Positions 1 through 10,759 of a stretch of DNA of 61,920 nt are shown here, in pieces (within the stretch, counting starts at the first letter, position 1; every line of letters starts with the position of its first letter). A program made the translations under genes and the position numbers. This DNA comes from Corallochytrium limacisporum Hawaii (Eukaryota > Protista > Pluriformea). The notes beneath the pieces are model-generated. The model was not told the DNA's origin. It saw only the letters and a program-made list of their open reading frames with translations, and did not search any database. The stretch lies in the NCBI GenBank assembly GCA_002811645.1, contig PDIP01000106.1, forward strand, positions 55,783-117,702, read 5' to 3'.

Positions 1-285
1 ATTCAAAGAAGGTTGCGACCCTATAAACCTAAATTCCTCCTTAACTTATGGGGCAGAGGTTGGTAGTGAGTAAGCGGGCAGAACCGGGTGGGGGGGGGGC
101 AAGGGAGCCGAGTAGCCCCGTGTTCAGTCGGTGTGGGTGGTGTGTGTGTGTGTGTGTGCGTGTGTGAGTGTGTACGGAAGGCCAGTCTCAGTCCTGGCCC
201 ACTGCACCGGCCCACTGCACCGGCACGGTTGGAACCACTGGGGCTGATGGACGAAAGGGAAGTGGAGGCCCCCCCCCCCCGGGGG

Positions 286-488
286 NNNNNNNNNNNNNNN
301 NNNNNNNNNNNNNNNNNNNNNNNNNNNNNNNNNNNNNNNNNNNNNNNNNNNNNNNNNNNNNNNNNNNNNNNNNNNNNNNNNNNNNNNNNNNNNNNNNNNN
401 NNNNNNNNNNNNNNNNNNNNNNNNNNNNNNNNNNNNNNNNNNNNNNNNNNNNNNNNNNNNNNNNNNNNNNNNNNNNNNNNNNNNNNNN
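286..488. other. Assembly gap (others at 13813-14006, 26814-26966, 30767-30831, 43537-43758)
   Basis: Runs of N, each flanked by G or C homopolymers. Confidence 0.99.
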
Positions 489-1127
489 GCCCCCCCCCCC
501 GGGGGGGGGGCTCTCTGGTAGTGGAGTGCAAGTGTTGTGGTTACTGCGACTTGGAAAAGACAGTGAAGCCGGGCGGGGTGGGAGAGGAGAGGGGGGGAGG
601 AGAGAAAAAGCGGGAGACAAGGCAGGACCTTTGGGGAGGGGGGGGGCTGGGGTCTGTTGTGCTCCCGGTGGGCCGCAAGCTCCACGTTTATTGTGCTCCA
701 TTTCCTGGGTTCTTGATGTGTGAGGTTGCGTTCTGGTTTGTCGCGGTGCAGAATTTCTAATTTCCTAGTTGATCAGTTGGCGTGGTGGTTTCTTTTTACC
801 GTGGGTCCAATTGTTTCGTTGTATACATAGTATGACCTGAGACAAGGACCAATCATTGATATATATTTAGCAAGAATAACATGAAAGGCTATTTTAGAAA
901 CGTGGGTCCCATAACGACTCGTCCGACACGTTTGAATCACGGTTTTCACGACAACCTGATAGTATTCAGGTTATAATTGCGATAGTACACCTTTTTGATT
1001 GGGATCTGGAGATTCATTTCACCTTGAAACCCTTTGTCTCACTTTCGTTGGGAACAATTGCATGAAAGAAGCCTATCGGGCTGGACTATATTTACTTCAC
1101 CACAAGGATCCGTATTTACACGAAAAT

Positions 1128-2057
1128 ATGGGACAAGTTCTTTCGGAACCGAAGACAGAAAAAACGACCTCTAGAGGCGAGGACAAACGTGTGCGGTATG
1201 CCACCTCTGCCATGCAGGGCTGGCGTCTGCAGATGGAAGACGCCCACGCCACCGTCCTTGAGCACAACGGAAACGAAGATGTAATGTTCTTCGGAGTTTA
1301 CGACGGACACGGTGGTGACAAGGTCGCAAAGTTTGCTGGTGAGCACCTGCACGAGGAAATGTTTGACAGTGAATATTTTAAGCGCAAGGAATACGAGGAA
1401 ATGATCAAGCAGGGCTTCCTTAAGCTTGATGAGGTTATGCGGAAGCTTCCCGACTTTTCTCGCGAGAATTCCGGGTCAACAGCCGTTGTCACTGTGATCA
1501 CTGATGATACCATTTATTGCGGTAATGCGGGAGATTCTCGTTGTGTCGCTAGCGTTAACGGTCAGGCTGTGCCCCTGAGTTATGATCACAAGCCAATGAA
1601 CCAGACTGAGTATCAGCGCATCTGCGCCGCTGGTGGCTTTGTCGAGTTTGGTCGGGTGAACGGAAATCTGGCTCTCAGCCGTGCCATTGGTGACTTTGAA
1701 TTCAAGAATAATCCGGCCGCTAAGCCCGAAGAACAGCAGGTCACTGCTTACCCGGACGTAATCCACAAGACCCTAGACAAGGACACGGAGTTCCTGGTCC
1801 TGGCCTGTGATGGCATTTGGGATGTCATGTCAAACCAAGAGGTGGTTGATTTTGTCCGTGAGCGCATTGCAAAGGACACCGACCTGGGACAGATTTGCGA
1901 GGAGATGATGGATTTCTGTCTCGCTCCTGAGTCCAAGTTGGGTGGCGTCGGTTGCGATAACATGACTGTCATTGTTGTTGCCTTCTTGCACGGTGGTGAG
2001 TGGCAGAATGTGGTCCAAACCTGCCAAAAGGAGGCTATCTCTGATGCCACCTCCTAA
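1128..2057 (+). CDS. Protein phosphatase 2C (Ptc2/Ptc3-like PPM family)
   Basis: Motifs SAMQGWR-MEDAH, GVYDGHGG, NAGDSR, DHKP, RVNGNLALSRAIGD, LACDGIWD, GCDNMT. Start placed at ATG 1128 (MGQVLSEP, the typical myristoylated N-terminus) rather than the ORF-track TTG at 999. Confidence 0.95.
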   Translation: MGQVLSEPKTEKTTSRGEDKRVRYATSAMQGWRLQMEDAHATVLEHNGNEDVMFFGVYDGHGGDKVAKFAGEHLHEEMFDSEYFKRKEYEEMIKQGFLKLDEVMRKLPDFSRENSGSTAVVTVITDDTIYCGNAGDSRCVASVNGQAVPLSYDHKPMNQTEYQRICAAGGFVEFGRVNGNLALSRAIGDFEFKNNPAAKPEEQQVTAYPDVIHKTLDKDTEFLVLACDGIWDVMSNQEVVDFVRERIAKDTDLGQICEEMMDFCLAPESKLGGVGCDNMTVIVVAFLHGGEWQNVVQTCQKEAISDATS

Positions 2058-3166
2058 ACCAGAGTCACGAAAAAAAAACAGTGCACAGCGTTTCATCAAA
2101 TTCAAGAGTGAGTATCATTCATTGTCGTATGCATTTCTTGTCCGGGAACAGTGATATAGCCGGCCGGGTCAGCATCATTTTCTGAAATCCACAAGCATCG
2201 TTTTTTAGCAAAGGCACACCTTGAGTGTAGTCGACTGGCAGTGATCATGAGGTTTGCAATTATTTTGCTTTCCGGTTGTGCAACCACTCAAGACAAGTGT
2301 TTTTGCTGTTGGATAAGCACGAGAAAGCATTGGAACCCTTGACGGGTTGCTCACTTTGGTGTTTGTTTCAAGAAGCCATCATTGCCCCCATGAATCGGAA
2401 GTAAAGACGAGCAAAGAAAGAGCCTCATGCACTGCGGCGGGTACTACTTGGGGGTAGGATCACCTCTAGCAACATCCTCATTGCACAAAAGCCCACACAA
2501 CAGCATTTCTTTATTCATGTACATAACATTCCATCATGTTCTTGCACAAACCAAATCGCCCCAACCTATAAAAGACCTTTCACAAAACGTCAATACCACA
2601 GAAATCTTCTTGAAAGCGTGTAATGATAACGAAGATGGTCATCGACTTGTCCTATTTTGCAGCACCACGATCATCAATCGTTCGCGGAGACGGCGGAGTG
2701 CCCTCTACCCATTTCATCATCCCCTCTGTCTCCCGCTTCCGATTTGCCTTCTTGCGCTCTCCACCCTCCATTGTTTTCGTGTCGATCCTGAAATCAGTCG
2801 GGTGCATCTTGCGGGGCGGGACCTTTCCGTTCTCTCTCTCTCTCTCTCCCCTCCCACTGCGCGATGTTCCAGTCTCTGGCTGGCTGTCGGGCTGCCGGTT
2901 CGGACGCTCCGGGGTCTCCATGTTGCTTTGCGTCCTTTGCGGTATCCCCATGGCTTATCGGCTATTTTAGGGGCTCAGTTGATTTGATTAGAGTTCCCGA
3001 GAATCATGTGTAATCTTGTGGGACAGAGATAATGAAGTTTAATGCTTAGGATCTACCAGATAAATACGTAGCGGCGAGAGCAAACAATGACGTTTGCCTG
3101 TGGGTAACACTCAGCGGCAAGATCGCAAACATTGTAGTAGTAGCCAAACCAAGGAGGAATTGCAAA

Positions 3167-4822
3167 ATGGCTGAGACGGTTGAATTGTATGTAGAAGCAT
3201 GGGAGGAACTGAAGGGTGCGCAACACCTTTACAAGGCGGGCTTGTCGATGGCTCGTCATACGTTCAAACGTAGGATTGACTTTATTAGACCTGTGGTGTG
3301 GAGAATCTTCTTCCTCGCAGACGGAGCAGCCACTTTGGAACACTTTCATGGAATCCTTGCTAGTCATCGGCAGGACTACCATCGGCAGAGGGACAATGCA
3401 TGGCGGACTCTGATAACACAAGAGCCTCCGGCGGACAAGGATATGGGAATGATCCCCGACGGGGTGGAAGCACTGGCGGCCGAGCCGAAGCGTCCGGCGC
3501 CCAACGACCCTCTTTTGGACAACCCTTTGTCCCAGGCAGACTCCAGTTCATGGCAGCACTACTTCAACGACCGACAGCTACGGGATACGATTGTCATGGA
3601 CGTAGAAAGGTCCTTCCCGGACTTGGCCGCTTTCCGTTCGGAGAGAGTGCAGAAGATGATGTTGTGCATTCTCTTTGTGTACTGCAAAGAGACCGAAAGG
3701 GCATATTACCAGGGCATGCACGACCTGTTGGCACCACTGATTGTGATTCTGGTGCTGAATACGGAGAAAATGGATAAGCTGGGCGATGATGATCTGACAC
3801 GCATCCTAGATCCAAACTTTGTGGAGGCAGACTGTTTTGCTGCGTTCGTGAAACTGATGGACATGATGTATGTCTTCTTCACCCACGCACACCATGAACC
3901 ACAGAAGGGAATGCTGGCCGATTCTGCTCCGGATGCCAAGGCGCCAGGTAAGGATCGCTTCGGGTCTGTCAAGAGTGCACTGTTGGAAAAGCTTGATCAG
4001 CTCTTCCACGAAGAACTGCGCAAGTTTGACGGTACCACCTACCGTCACCTGCGCTTGCTCGACATTGAGCCGCAGATATTTGGCTTGCGGTGGATTCGCC
4101 TGCTGTTTGGGCGCGAGTTCCACCTCGACCAATTGCTCCTACTGTGGGAATGGATTTTGAGCCCGGGGAGTGTTCAGTGGGCTGATGAGATCTTTCTTTC
4201 CATGATCATTTGCATCCGAGACGGGTTGCTGAGGTCAGACGCGAGCGGAGCCATGCAGTTGCTCATGCGGTATCCACAAGTTGACAGCGTGGAGCCAATA
4301 GCAAATCTTGCATACACTATCCGAATCCACCCCGCCCGTGTGGTCAAGTATCTGCAGCTGCAAGACTCAAAGCGTAAGACGGTCGCTGCGGGCGGCACAA
4401 CTGGCGGTCTGGGTGCGTCCCTGGCCGGCCTGAACATCAACACTGAGAAATTGGCGCAGTCAACACAATCGTTCTTTAACGCTGCGGGAGGGGCTGCACG
4501 CAACATCGGATCCATGATGCGACGGAACCTTAACTCCGCTCAGCAACAGCAGCAACAGCAGGGAGGAAATGTGTCTGTCCCCCCGGCTGGTGGAACCGCA
4601 GCTGGTGAAGCGGGGATGACAGATCCGCTGCTGAACCCTGAAAGCGAACAGGCCCAAGAAAAACCATCCAACCAGGTTACACAAAGGAGCACGGAGACTA
4701 GAATGCACAAGGCGGCAGTCATATCCATGATTGATGCCACGCTCTCAAGTGATGACTTTACGGATCCTGAGAAGATGCAGCATCTATTGGAGCAGATCAA
4801 GCGCTTGGTCCAAGAAATGTAG
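3167..4822 (+). CDS. TBC1D5: TBC-domain Rab GAP, TBC1D5-like
   Basis: RPVVWRIFF, DNPLSQ..WQHYFND..L..I..DVERSFP (R finger), YYQGMHDLLAP (Q finger), PQIFGLRWIRLLFGREF; 551 aa single ORF. Confidence 0.88.
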   Translation: MAETVELYVEAWEELKGAQHLYKAGLSMARHTFKRRIDFIRPVVWRIFFLADGAATLEHFHGILASHRQDYHRQRDNAWRTLITQEPPADKDMGMIPDGVEALAAEPKRPAPNDPLLDNPLSQADSSSWQHYFNDRQLRDTIVMDVERSFPDLAAFRSERVQKMMLCILFVYCKETERAYYQGMHDLLAPLIVILVLNTEKMDKLGDDDLTRILDPNFVEADCFAAFVKLMDMMYVFFTHAHHEPQKGMLADSAPDAKAPGKDRFGSVKSALLEKLDQLFHEELRKFDGTTYRHLRLLDIEPQIFGLRWIRLLFGREFHLDQLLLLWEWILSPGSVQWADEIFLSMIICIRDGLLRSDASGAMQLLMRYPQVDSVEPIANLAYTIRIHPARVVKYLQLQDSKRKTVAAGGTTGGLGASLAGLNINTEKLAQSTQSFFNAAGGAARNIGSMMRRNLNSAQQQQQQQGGNVSVPPAGGTAAGEAGMTDPLLNPESEQAQEKPSNQVTQRSTETRMHKAAVISMIDATLSSDDFTDPEKMQHLLEQIKRLVQEM

Positions 4823-4974
4823 ACGGCAGGATCATAACGGAAAAGAGGAAACGTAAACCTAGTAGTTGTCTTAGAAGGTTAAATGAGAGGAAAAATTTAA
4901 TATGCATATGCTGTTAAACATGCCATGAAAAAAGTTAATGGAGACAAGATAACTAAACACGTCGGTTAACGAAA

Positions 4975-5133
4975 TTAGTCGAACAGACCGAAGCCCATGT
5001 CGTCGTCCTCTTCCTCTTCCTCCTCCTCGGCAGCAGCGGCGCCACCAGCGTCACCACCAGCATCAGCAGCGGGAGCGGCAGCAGCAGCCTGCATGGCAGC
5101 GAGAGCCTCGGGGTTGTTAAGCAGATCCTTGAC
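4975..5133 (-). CDS. RPLP0: RPLP0 coding exon 2 (Ala-rich hinge and acidic tail)
   Basis: After acceptor ttttttaatccaCAG (ends 5134), reads VKDLLNNPEA...[17 protein letters not shown]. The phase-0 join gives 317 aa. Confidence 0.95.
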   Translation of the reverse strand, partial: VKDLLNNPEALAAMQAAAAAPAADAGGDAGGAAAAEEEEEEEDDDMGFGLFD

Positions 5134-5544
5134 CTGTGGATTAAAAAATAGTAAACATGGACAAACCAAGAAGGAATGGATCGTTAGTATGACAGTTCAC
5201 AAAATGGACATAAGATTCGCCGCGATTCCATGATGAAGAATACACTGTGGTAACACATGACAAGTCAACGACAAGTGACACCAGACCAAGGAGAAAGGTT
5301 ACCATAGGGAGAAGTTCTGTGACAAAGCCTCGGTAAAAAATTAGAGTGATAAGAGTTTGAATCTCATTGAGCAAAGCCTCGAAATAGAAGTGATCGTCCT
5401 TGGCTTCGTCATAAGATCGAACTTCGTCTCCTCCCAGTTTCTAACATCTTTCCCGTGTTGATATTCACTGTTGTTGCTAACCATCATCACTACTGCAATG
5501 TTCATCATCATCATAATCACAGTTGAAAACATAAGAGTACTTAC
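5134..5544 (-). other. Spliceosomal GT-AG intron (411 nt) in RPLP0 CDS
   Basis: GTAAGT donor, TACTAAC branch point at 5189-5183, no AG between branch point and CAG acceptor; splicing restores the P0 C-terminus. Confidence 0.93.
5325..5417 (-). ncRNA. Candidate intronic box C/D snoRNA with guide antisense to 18S rRNA
   Basis: Box C-like ATGACGA (5412-5406), C'-like ATGAGA, box D-like CCGA (5333-5330). One nt upstream of D is CACTCTAATTTTTT (5348-5335), complementary to the conserved 18S stretch AAAAAAUUAGAGUG (recalled sequence). Confidence 0.55.
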
Positions 5545-6339
5545 CTTGTCAGCAAGATCGAACGACAGCTCGGTGCCGATGGCAATCGCCAGGACGTTCT
5601 TGTATCCGTTGATGAGAACGTGGGGAATGGCGGGGAGAGTGGGGTAACCAATAGCCAGAGAGATGCAGGCAATGGTCGTGATAGAGGACTCGAAGGTCTT
5701 TATAAGATCCTCCTCGGTGATGTCGAGCACCTTGGGCAGGTAGACCTCACCGGCTTCGTAGACGAGGCAAGCCTTCAGACCGTAGGTGAAGGGCTTGATG
5801 TTCATCATCTGCAGGAGAGCAGCCTGGGAGGGGGTAACCTTCTCACCCTCGAGAATGAGCTTGACATCAGAGACGATTTCAATGGTACCACGGTTAATCT
5901 TGGTGGCGAGGTTGAGAGCCTGGAAGAAAGAGGTCTTGGAGGGATCCATACCAGTGTTACCGGCGGGGACATCGACATCACAGGGAGCGATGGCACCGGC
6001 ACGAGCAGGAGCACCGACAGTCTCGGCCTCAATGCGGTCACGGATGGACTTGATATCCGTTTCCTTAGTGAAGACCATACCGACATTGCCCTTGATGAAA
6101 GGCAACAGCTTCTCGATCAGCTCGTTCTTGGCAGCGTAGGCGCGAAGGGCCTTGCGGATCATGGTGTTCTTACCCATCAGAACCACAGCGGTACCGCGGA
6201 GAGCGATACGAATCTTCTGGAACTGATTAGAACCGACATTGTCAGCCTCGACCAAGAGAATGTTGGGGTACTCGTCCAACAGAGACTCAAGGCGGGCAAA
6301 GTATTCTTCCTTGCGAGCGGCAATCTCCCCCTTCGGCAT
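5545..6339 (-). CDS. RPLP0: 60S acidic ribosomal protein P0 (uL10), coding exon 1
   Basis: ADNVGSNQFQKIR, VVLMGKNTMIRKA, APARAGAIAP, KTSFFQAL. Homology stops at ...LADK, followed by GTAAGT donor at 5544. Confidence 0.97.
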
Positions 6340-6394
6340 CTTGAATGATAGTTGTTATCCCGTGCGAAAGGGCCGTTTCTACGATTTAAGAAAT

Positions 6395-6505
6395 CTGAAA
6401 AAAAAATGCAAATATAAAGGTGACCCGATGTTAATAATCCAGTTCAATAAACCCGAATACACAAACGTGCCCTCTATGTACCCGCTATATATTAGTAATA
6501 CTTAC
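6395..6505 (-). other. Probable 5'-UTR intron of RPLP0 (111 nt)
   Basis: GTAAGT donor at 6505, TATTAAC branch-like site 6436-6430, long T tract then CAG ending at 6395, AG-free between branch and acceptor. Confidence 0.7.
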
Positions 6506-7319
6506 CACCTAAGTAACGATGTTCAATAATTTTTGACTTTGGCTGTATCCTCTAGCGGTATTTCATGGATATAGTCCCTGATGTACCAGTCATAACAATT
6601 ATTGGATAGTCTGAATATAACTGTAATGGCGAAGCTCTGATACAAGACTCTTGCCAGGCGTCAATGCACCAAACACCGAGGCCTCCGATACGCTCTGCCA
6701 TAGTAAATGGCCCTAGTGCCTTCCGAGAGCTCCCGTGTGTTTGTGCCCCTCCGGTGGTTTTACTATGGAATGAAAGGGTCCCCTATACGTGTGACCATGG
6801 TGTATCAGTATATTTAGTATTACTTAAGAACGCATATACAAATTATGCAAAGCTCCTCAATACATTTACTATGAGCCACAACCACGTCACAGTACATTCA
6901 GTACACACTCTGGGGATCGGACCCTCAATCGGTTCAAAGTCTATACTGACCACGGGTCACATCTGACCCCCCACGAACGGGGGAAATTTCCCCTTCCGTC
7001 GGTGTGGTAGGGACTCTGCTGCTGAACAGAAAATTGTGTGTTTTTTGACTGTTTTGGGCCCCACTGCCGCGGGGGAGAGCCGGGTGTTGTGTGTGTTTTT
7101 GGGCTCCTGTACCTTGGCGCGAAAACTTCCAACCAGGAGAAGCCTCCCGGGAGCGGGGGTCTCAATCGAGGAGGCCCCCTTGGACGACCAGGGACACTGG
7201 GAGCGACGCAGCACTGTGAAACATAGTTATTTCAAACAGACAGTTAGAAACCTGCTTGTAAAGGAGCCATGATCCGCATTTTACGGTTCAATATATGGAA
7301 ATTCTAAACAACAGCAAGA

Positions 7320-9176
7320 ATGCCGGCCGTCGTGGAAAGTAGTAGAAGTGGAACCCAGCCGGATCTTCAAGGCCTGGAGATGAGTGAACTGCCCGTGGAA
7401 ATACAGTCAGCACCGGTCAATTCAACATTTTACCTCCGTGGATCAGATGCAACCGTTATTGGGTGTATTCCACAGACTCTACAAAATGCCAAGTGGAGAA
7501 AGATTCAGGCGAAATTGCTGGAGCTCAGCAAGAAGGTTGAGCGATCATATCGTGGAACAGCGTCCCGCGCGGTGCTTCTCAGTGGAGGAAATTTTCATGT
7601 CCCAAATGGACTATTTAACACAGCCAACGAATTGCAAATACAAAGCAAGGTGAAGCCTGCAGAACAGGTGGATATGGACCGAGACGAGGACGATGTGGAA
7701 CCAGTAGCAGCCACCTACCGCGAAGTCGATGCAAAAGAAAGGGACGACGATGACGATGAACGTCCAGATATTTCCAATTCATTTCCGTTGGCCATGAAGA
7801 AGATCCGTCATCAATCTGGTGTCAATCAAAAGCTTGAGACCCCAAGAGCACAAAAGAAGACAGCTGCAAAGCAACAAACGCCTGTGACAAACGAGGTCGA
7901 TCCCAGCAATACTCCGCCGGGTGTGCGGCGGAGCGGACGGAAGCGGAAGACAGTAGTCGATGACGAACAGCTCAAGAAGGCAGTGGAGAAAGAGGAAGAA
8001 GAGCCAGAAGAGGTGATGTCAGAGTACGAGGAAGACGATGAGTCCGGAGACGAAGGTGAAGAGGACAAGCAGGCGCCCAAACGTCGTGCCATAGCCGGCA
8101 TCAGCGACTTGGCCAGCCGAATGGAGGATAAGGAGCGTAACCAGCGGGCCAGGGAAGAGTTCTTTAAAGGTGGCATGGAGGCTGCTGTGATGCGGACTGC
8201 TGATCCTGAATTGAACCTTAAAATGAGCAAGGAACAAGTGGAGAGGCTCTTGGTCGACGTTCCTGACCGGCACCGTGAACATGTTAAAAATCTGACTTCC
8301 GTAACTGCAACCCAGTTCCCACGGTTAACCACCGCCCTGTGGGCTGGGTTCAACGTGCTTTTCTACGGACTGGGAAGCAAGCGAAATCTACTTCACGACT
8401 TTGCCCGCCGCTTCTATCACGGCAAGCATCGGATTACGGTAGTCAATGGCTTTTTTCCTGATATTTCGGTCGACAAGGTGCTGCAGGCCCTGGCTATTGA
8501 TCATTGCGGAGCCCCTTCACTGAGCCAGGCGCCGAACGCAGCAGCGGCAGCCAAACGCATCGGTGCCAAGCTGCAGGAGCTTGAGCGGCATGTGGTTCTA
8601 GTTGTCCACAACATCGAGGGTCAAGGACTGCGGAAACCTCATGCTCAGACCGCTCTGAGTATCCTTGCATCGTCCCCATTCGTCCATGTGATTGCATCGA
8701 TTGACCACGTTAATGGGCCTATGCTCTGGGACACCAGCTCGGCGTCTCGCTTCAACTGGGTCTGGCAACATGCGGCTACGTACCAACCATACACAGTGGA
8801 AACCTCCTTTGAGTCCACAATCACCATGAAAACAGACAACGTGACCATCAGCTCATTACGGTCCGTCGTGGATGCCGTCCCGGCCACGGGTAAGAAGATT
8901 ATTCGCTACCTCATTGCGCTCACTCTGGCAGCCTATAAGTCTGATGGCAAGTGTGACCGTGGTATCAGTCTGTCGCAGTGGCAACAACGTTGCCGTAAAG
9001 CCTTTGTGGCTGCAAAAGGCGAGGCCTTCATGAAGCAGATCCACGAGTTTGTGGACCATAGTGTCATCAAGGAGAGCACCGTCGATGGCGAGCGATACTA
9101 CACTTTCCCATTTGATCGGGAGCAGCTGGAGGAGGCCGAGCGGCAGGTTCTGGAGCTCATTCCGGGTATGAAGTAA
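7320..9176 (+). CDS. ORC2: Origin recognition complex subunit 2
   Basis: GFNVLFYGLGSKR.LL, VVNGFFP, LVVHNIEG..LR, IASIDHVN.P..WD, FNWVW.HA.TY.PY..E; disordered acidic/basic N-terminal half. Confidence 0.93.
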   Translation: MPAVVESSRSGTQPDLQGLEMSELPVEIQSAPVNSTFYLRGSDATVIGCIPQTLQNAKWRKIQAKLLELSKKVERSYRGTASRAVLLSGGNFHVPNGLFNTANELQIQSKVKPAEQVDMDRDEDDVEPVAATYREVDAKERDDDDDERPDISNSFPLAMKKIRHQSGVNQKLETPRAQKKTAAKQQTPVTNEVDPSNTPPGVRRSGRKRKTVVDDEQLKKAVEKEEEEPEEVMSEYEEDDESGDEGEEDKQAPKRRAIAGISDLASRMEDKERNQRAREEFFKGGMEAAVMRTADPELNLKMSKEQVERLLVDVPDRHREHVKNLTSVTATQFPRLTTALWAGFNVLFYGLGSKRNLLHDFARRFYHGKHRITVVNGFFPDISVDKVLQALAIDHCGAPSLSQAPNAAAAAKRIGAKLQELERHVVLVVHNIEGQGLRKPHAQTALSILASSPFVHVIASIDHVNGPMLWDTSSASRFNWVWQHAATYQPYTVETSFESTITMKTDNVTISSLRSVVDAVPATGKKIIRYLIALTLAAYKSDGKCDRGISLSQWQQRCRKAFVAAKGEAFMKQIHEFVDHSVIKESTVDGERYYTFPFDREQLEEAERQVLELIPGMK

Positions 9177-9293
9177 AACAAAACATAGTGCACAAATCCA
9201 TCATTCTGTCATGTGCGAGTTAATAGTGGCTTGGTCTAGTATTGCATTAAGATTTGATCGACTACATGTTCATAGGTGTCACAAAGCTTCAAG

Positions 9294-9986
9294 TTACTTG
9301 GCAGAGGCCAGGCGCTCTTCAACGTTCTTCCAGTTGACAATGTTCCAAATCTGCTTGAGGTAGTCTGGACGGACATTCTTGTACTGCAAGTAGTAGGCGT
9401 GCTCCCAGACGTCAATGCCGAGCAGCGGGACCAGACCGGTCAGGGGTTCGAGAGGGTCCTGGTTGGGCATCGGCTGGATCACCAGACTCTTGTTAGCCTT
9501 ATCGTAACCGAGCCATCCCCAACCGGAACCTTGAACGGCAGCGGTTGTGGCGTTGAACTTCTGCTGGAAGGCGTCAACGGAACCCCACTGGGCCTCGATC
9601 ATCTTCTTCAGTTCACCGTCGGCCAAATCACCACCTCCCTGGGACTGGGGGGCCAGATTGGTCCAAAAGATGGCGTGATTAATGTGACCACCACCGTTGA
9701 ACTTGAGGGCACTTTGGAGCTGGATCTGCTTATCGACGTCGCCCTTGTGTACGGCTTCCTCAAGCTGTTCCACAGCTGCATTGTAGTTAGTCACGTAGGT
9801 ATTGTGGTGCTTGGAGTGGTGCAGGAGCATGATCTCAGCATTGATGAACGGCTCTAGCTCACCGTAGTCGTAGGGAAGGTCAGGGAGAGTTGCCTTACCA
9901 CGGACGGCAGATGCGCTGGTAAAAGTGCGCATGGCGCGAGCAGCCACAGTGGACTGGCGCTGAGCAATGCGAAGGGCGCAGGACAT
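9294..9986 (-). CDS. SOD2: Mitochondrial Mn superoxide dismutase
   Basis: Arg/Ala-rich presequence, [41 protein letters not shown]. Confidence 0.97.
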   Translation of the reverse strand: MSCALRIAQRQSTVAARAMRTFTSASAVRGKATLPDLPYDYGELEPFINAEIMLLHHSKHHNTYVTNYNAAVEQLEEAVHKGDVDKQIQLQSALKFNGGGHINHAIFWTNLAPQSQGGGDLADGELKKMIEAQWGSVDAFQQKFNATTAAVQGSGWGWLGYDKANKSLVIQPMPNQDPLEPLTGLVPLLGIDVWEHAYYLQYKNVRPDYLKQIWNIVNWKNVEERLASAK

Positions 9987-10759
9987 ACTTTCTTACACTG
10001 TTTTGGTCCCGAGAGGAAAGTAACAACGTTCTGATCAACATCTGTTGCACTGACAGCAGTCCAGGACTGCCTTGCTTCAAATACCTACTGCTGTCGGTTT
10101 TCGTTCGGCCCTGGTGCGGCGCTTGTTTGGCACAACGACCGACCACCGGCACGGGGCAAGTCCCTACGCCCTCCTCCGCCCGGCTCTCACACCGCCGCTA
10201 GTCAGAAGAGGGGAGAGGGAGAGAGAGTCGACGGGGGCGAAAGAAAAGAAGAAAGGGGAAAAACAGTGGAGCGGCGCGAGCTGGTAGCCCACCCCGCCTT
10301 CCCTTCCCTCCCCTTCCGGCCAGGAATTCCTGAAACGCAAACACAGACCGGCCCCGGGAAGGCCTGGGTGCCTGGTACATTGGGGGCCGGTATTGTTTAT
10401 ACCCCGGGGGGGGGGGGAAAACGATCGCCTCTCCCGGGCAAGTTTCGTCATTTTATCTCTGAGCTACGGGTTCTTAGTTTTGTCACAGTGGGGTGAATCC
10501 AGGACGGTTGGCATGATCCTGACGGTTTCAGCTGTCATGATTATGGTGCCTGCACCTCATGTCAGCAAAGCGACGAATGTGTGGATGGTATGGTTTGGAT
10601 GTGCGATGCTGTTTTGTTTCTTTAATAATTTCAAACGAGTGTTGCGCGATCTTTGTCAGACTACAACTTGTAAGTGTTTTGAGAATGCAAACAGAAGGGA
10701 ATCCAACATGCAAACCCAGACTGTTATGTGGTTCGCCTGTAATCTTCCTCTGCTTTTCT

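Noticed and set aside
2150-2951. Dpy-30-like phrase (LPQVVPAAVHEALSLL) and a 99-aa minus-strand ORF
   Set aside because: The match is too short and generic to support a gene or pseudogene call.
5341-5544. ORF-track C-terminal extension of RPLP0 (VSTLMFS...)
   Set aside because: It is read-through into the intron; the true C-terminus is at 4975-5133.
9276-9857. Long antisense ORFs over SOD2, RPLP0 (5620-6348) and the methyltransferase (59275-60201)
   Set aside because: Shadow ORFs arising from codon bias of the real genes.
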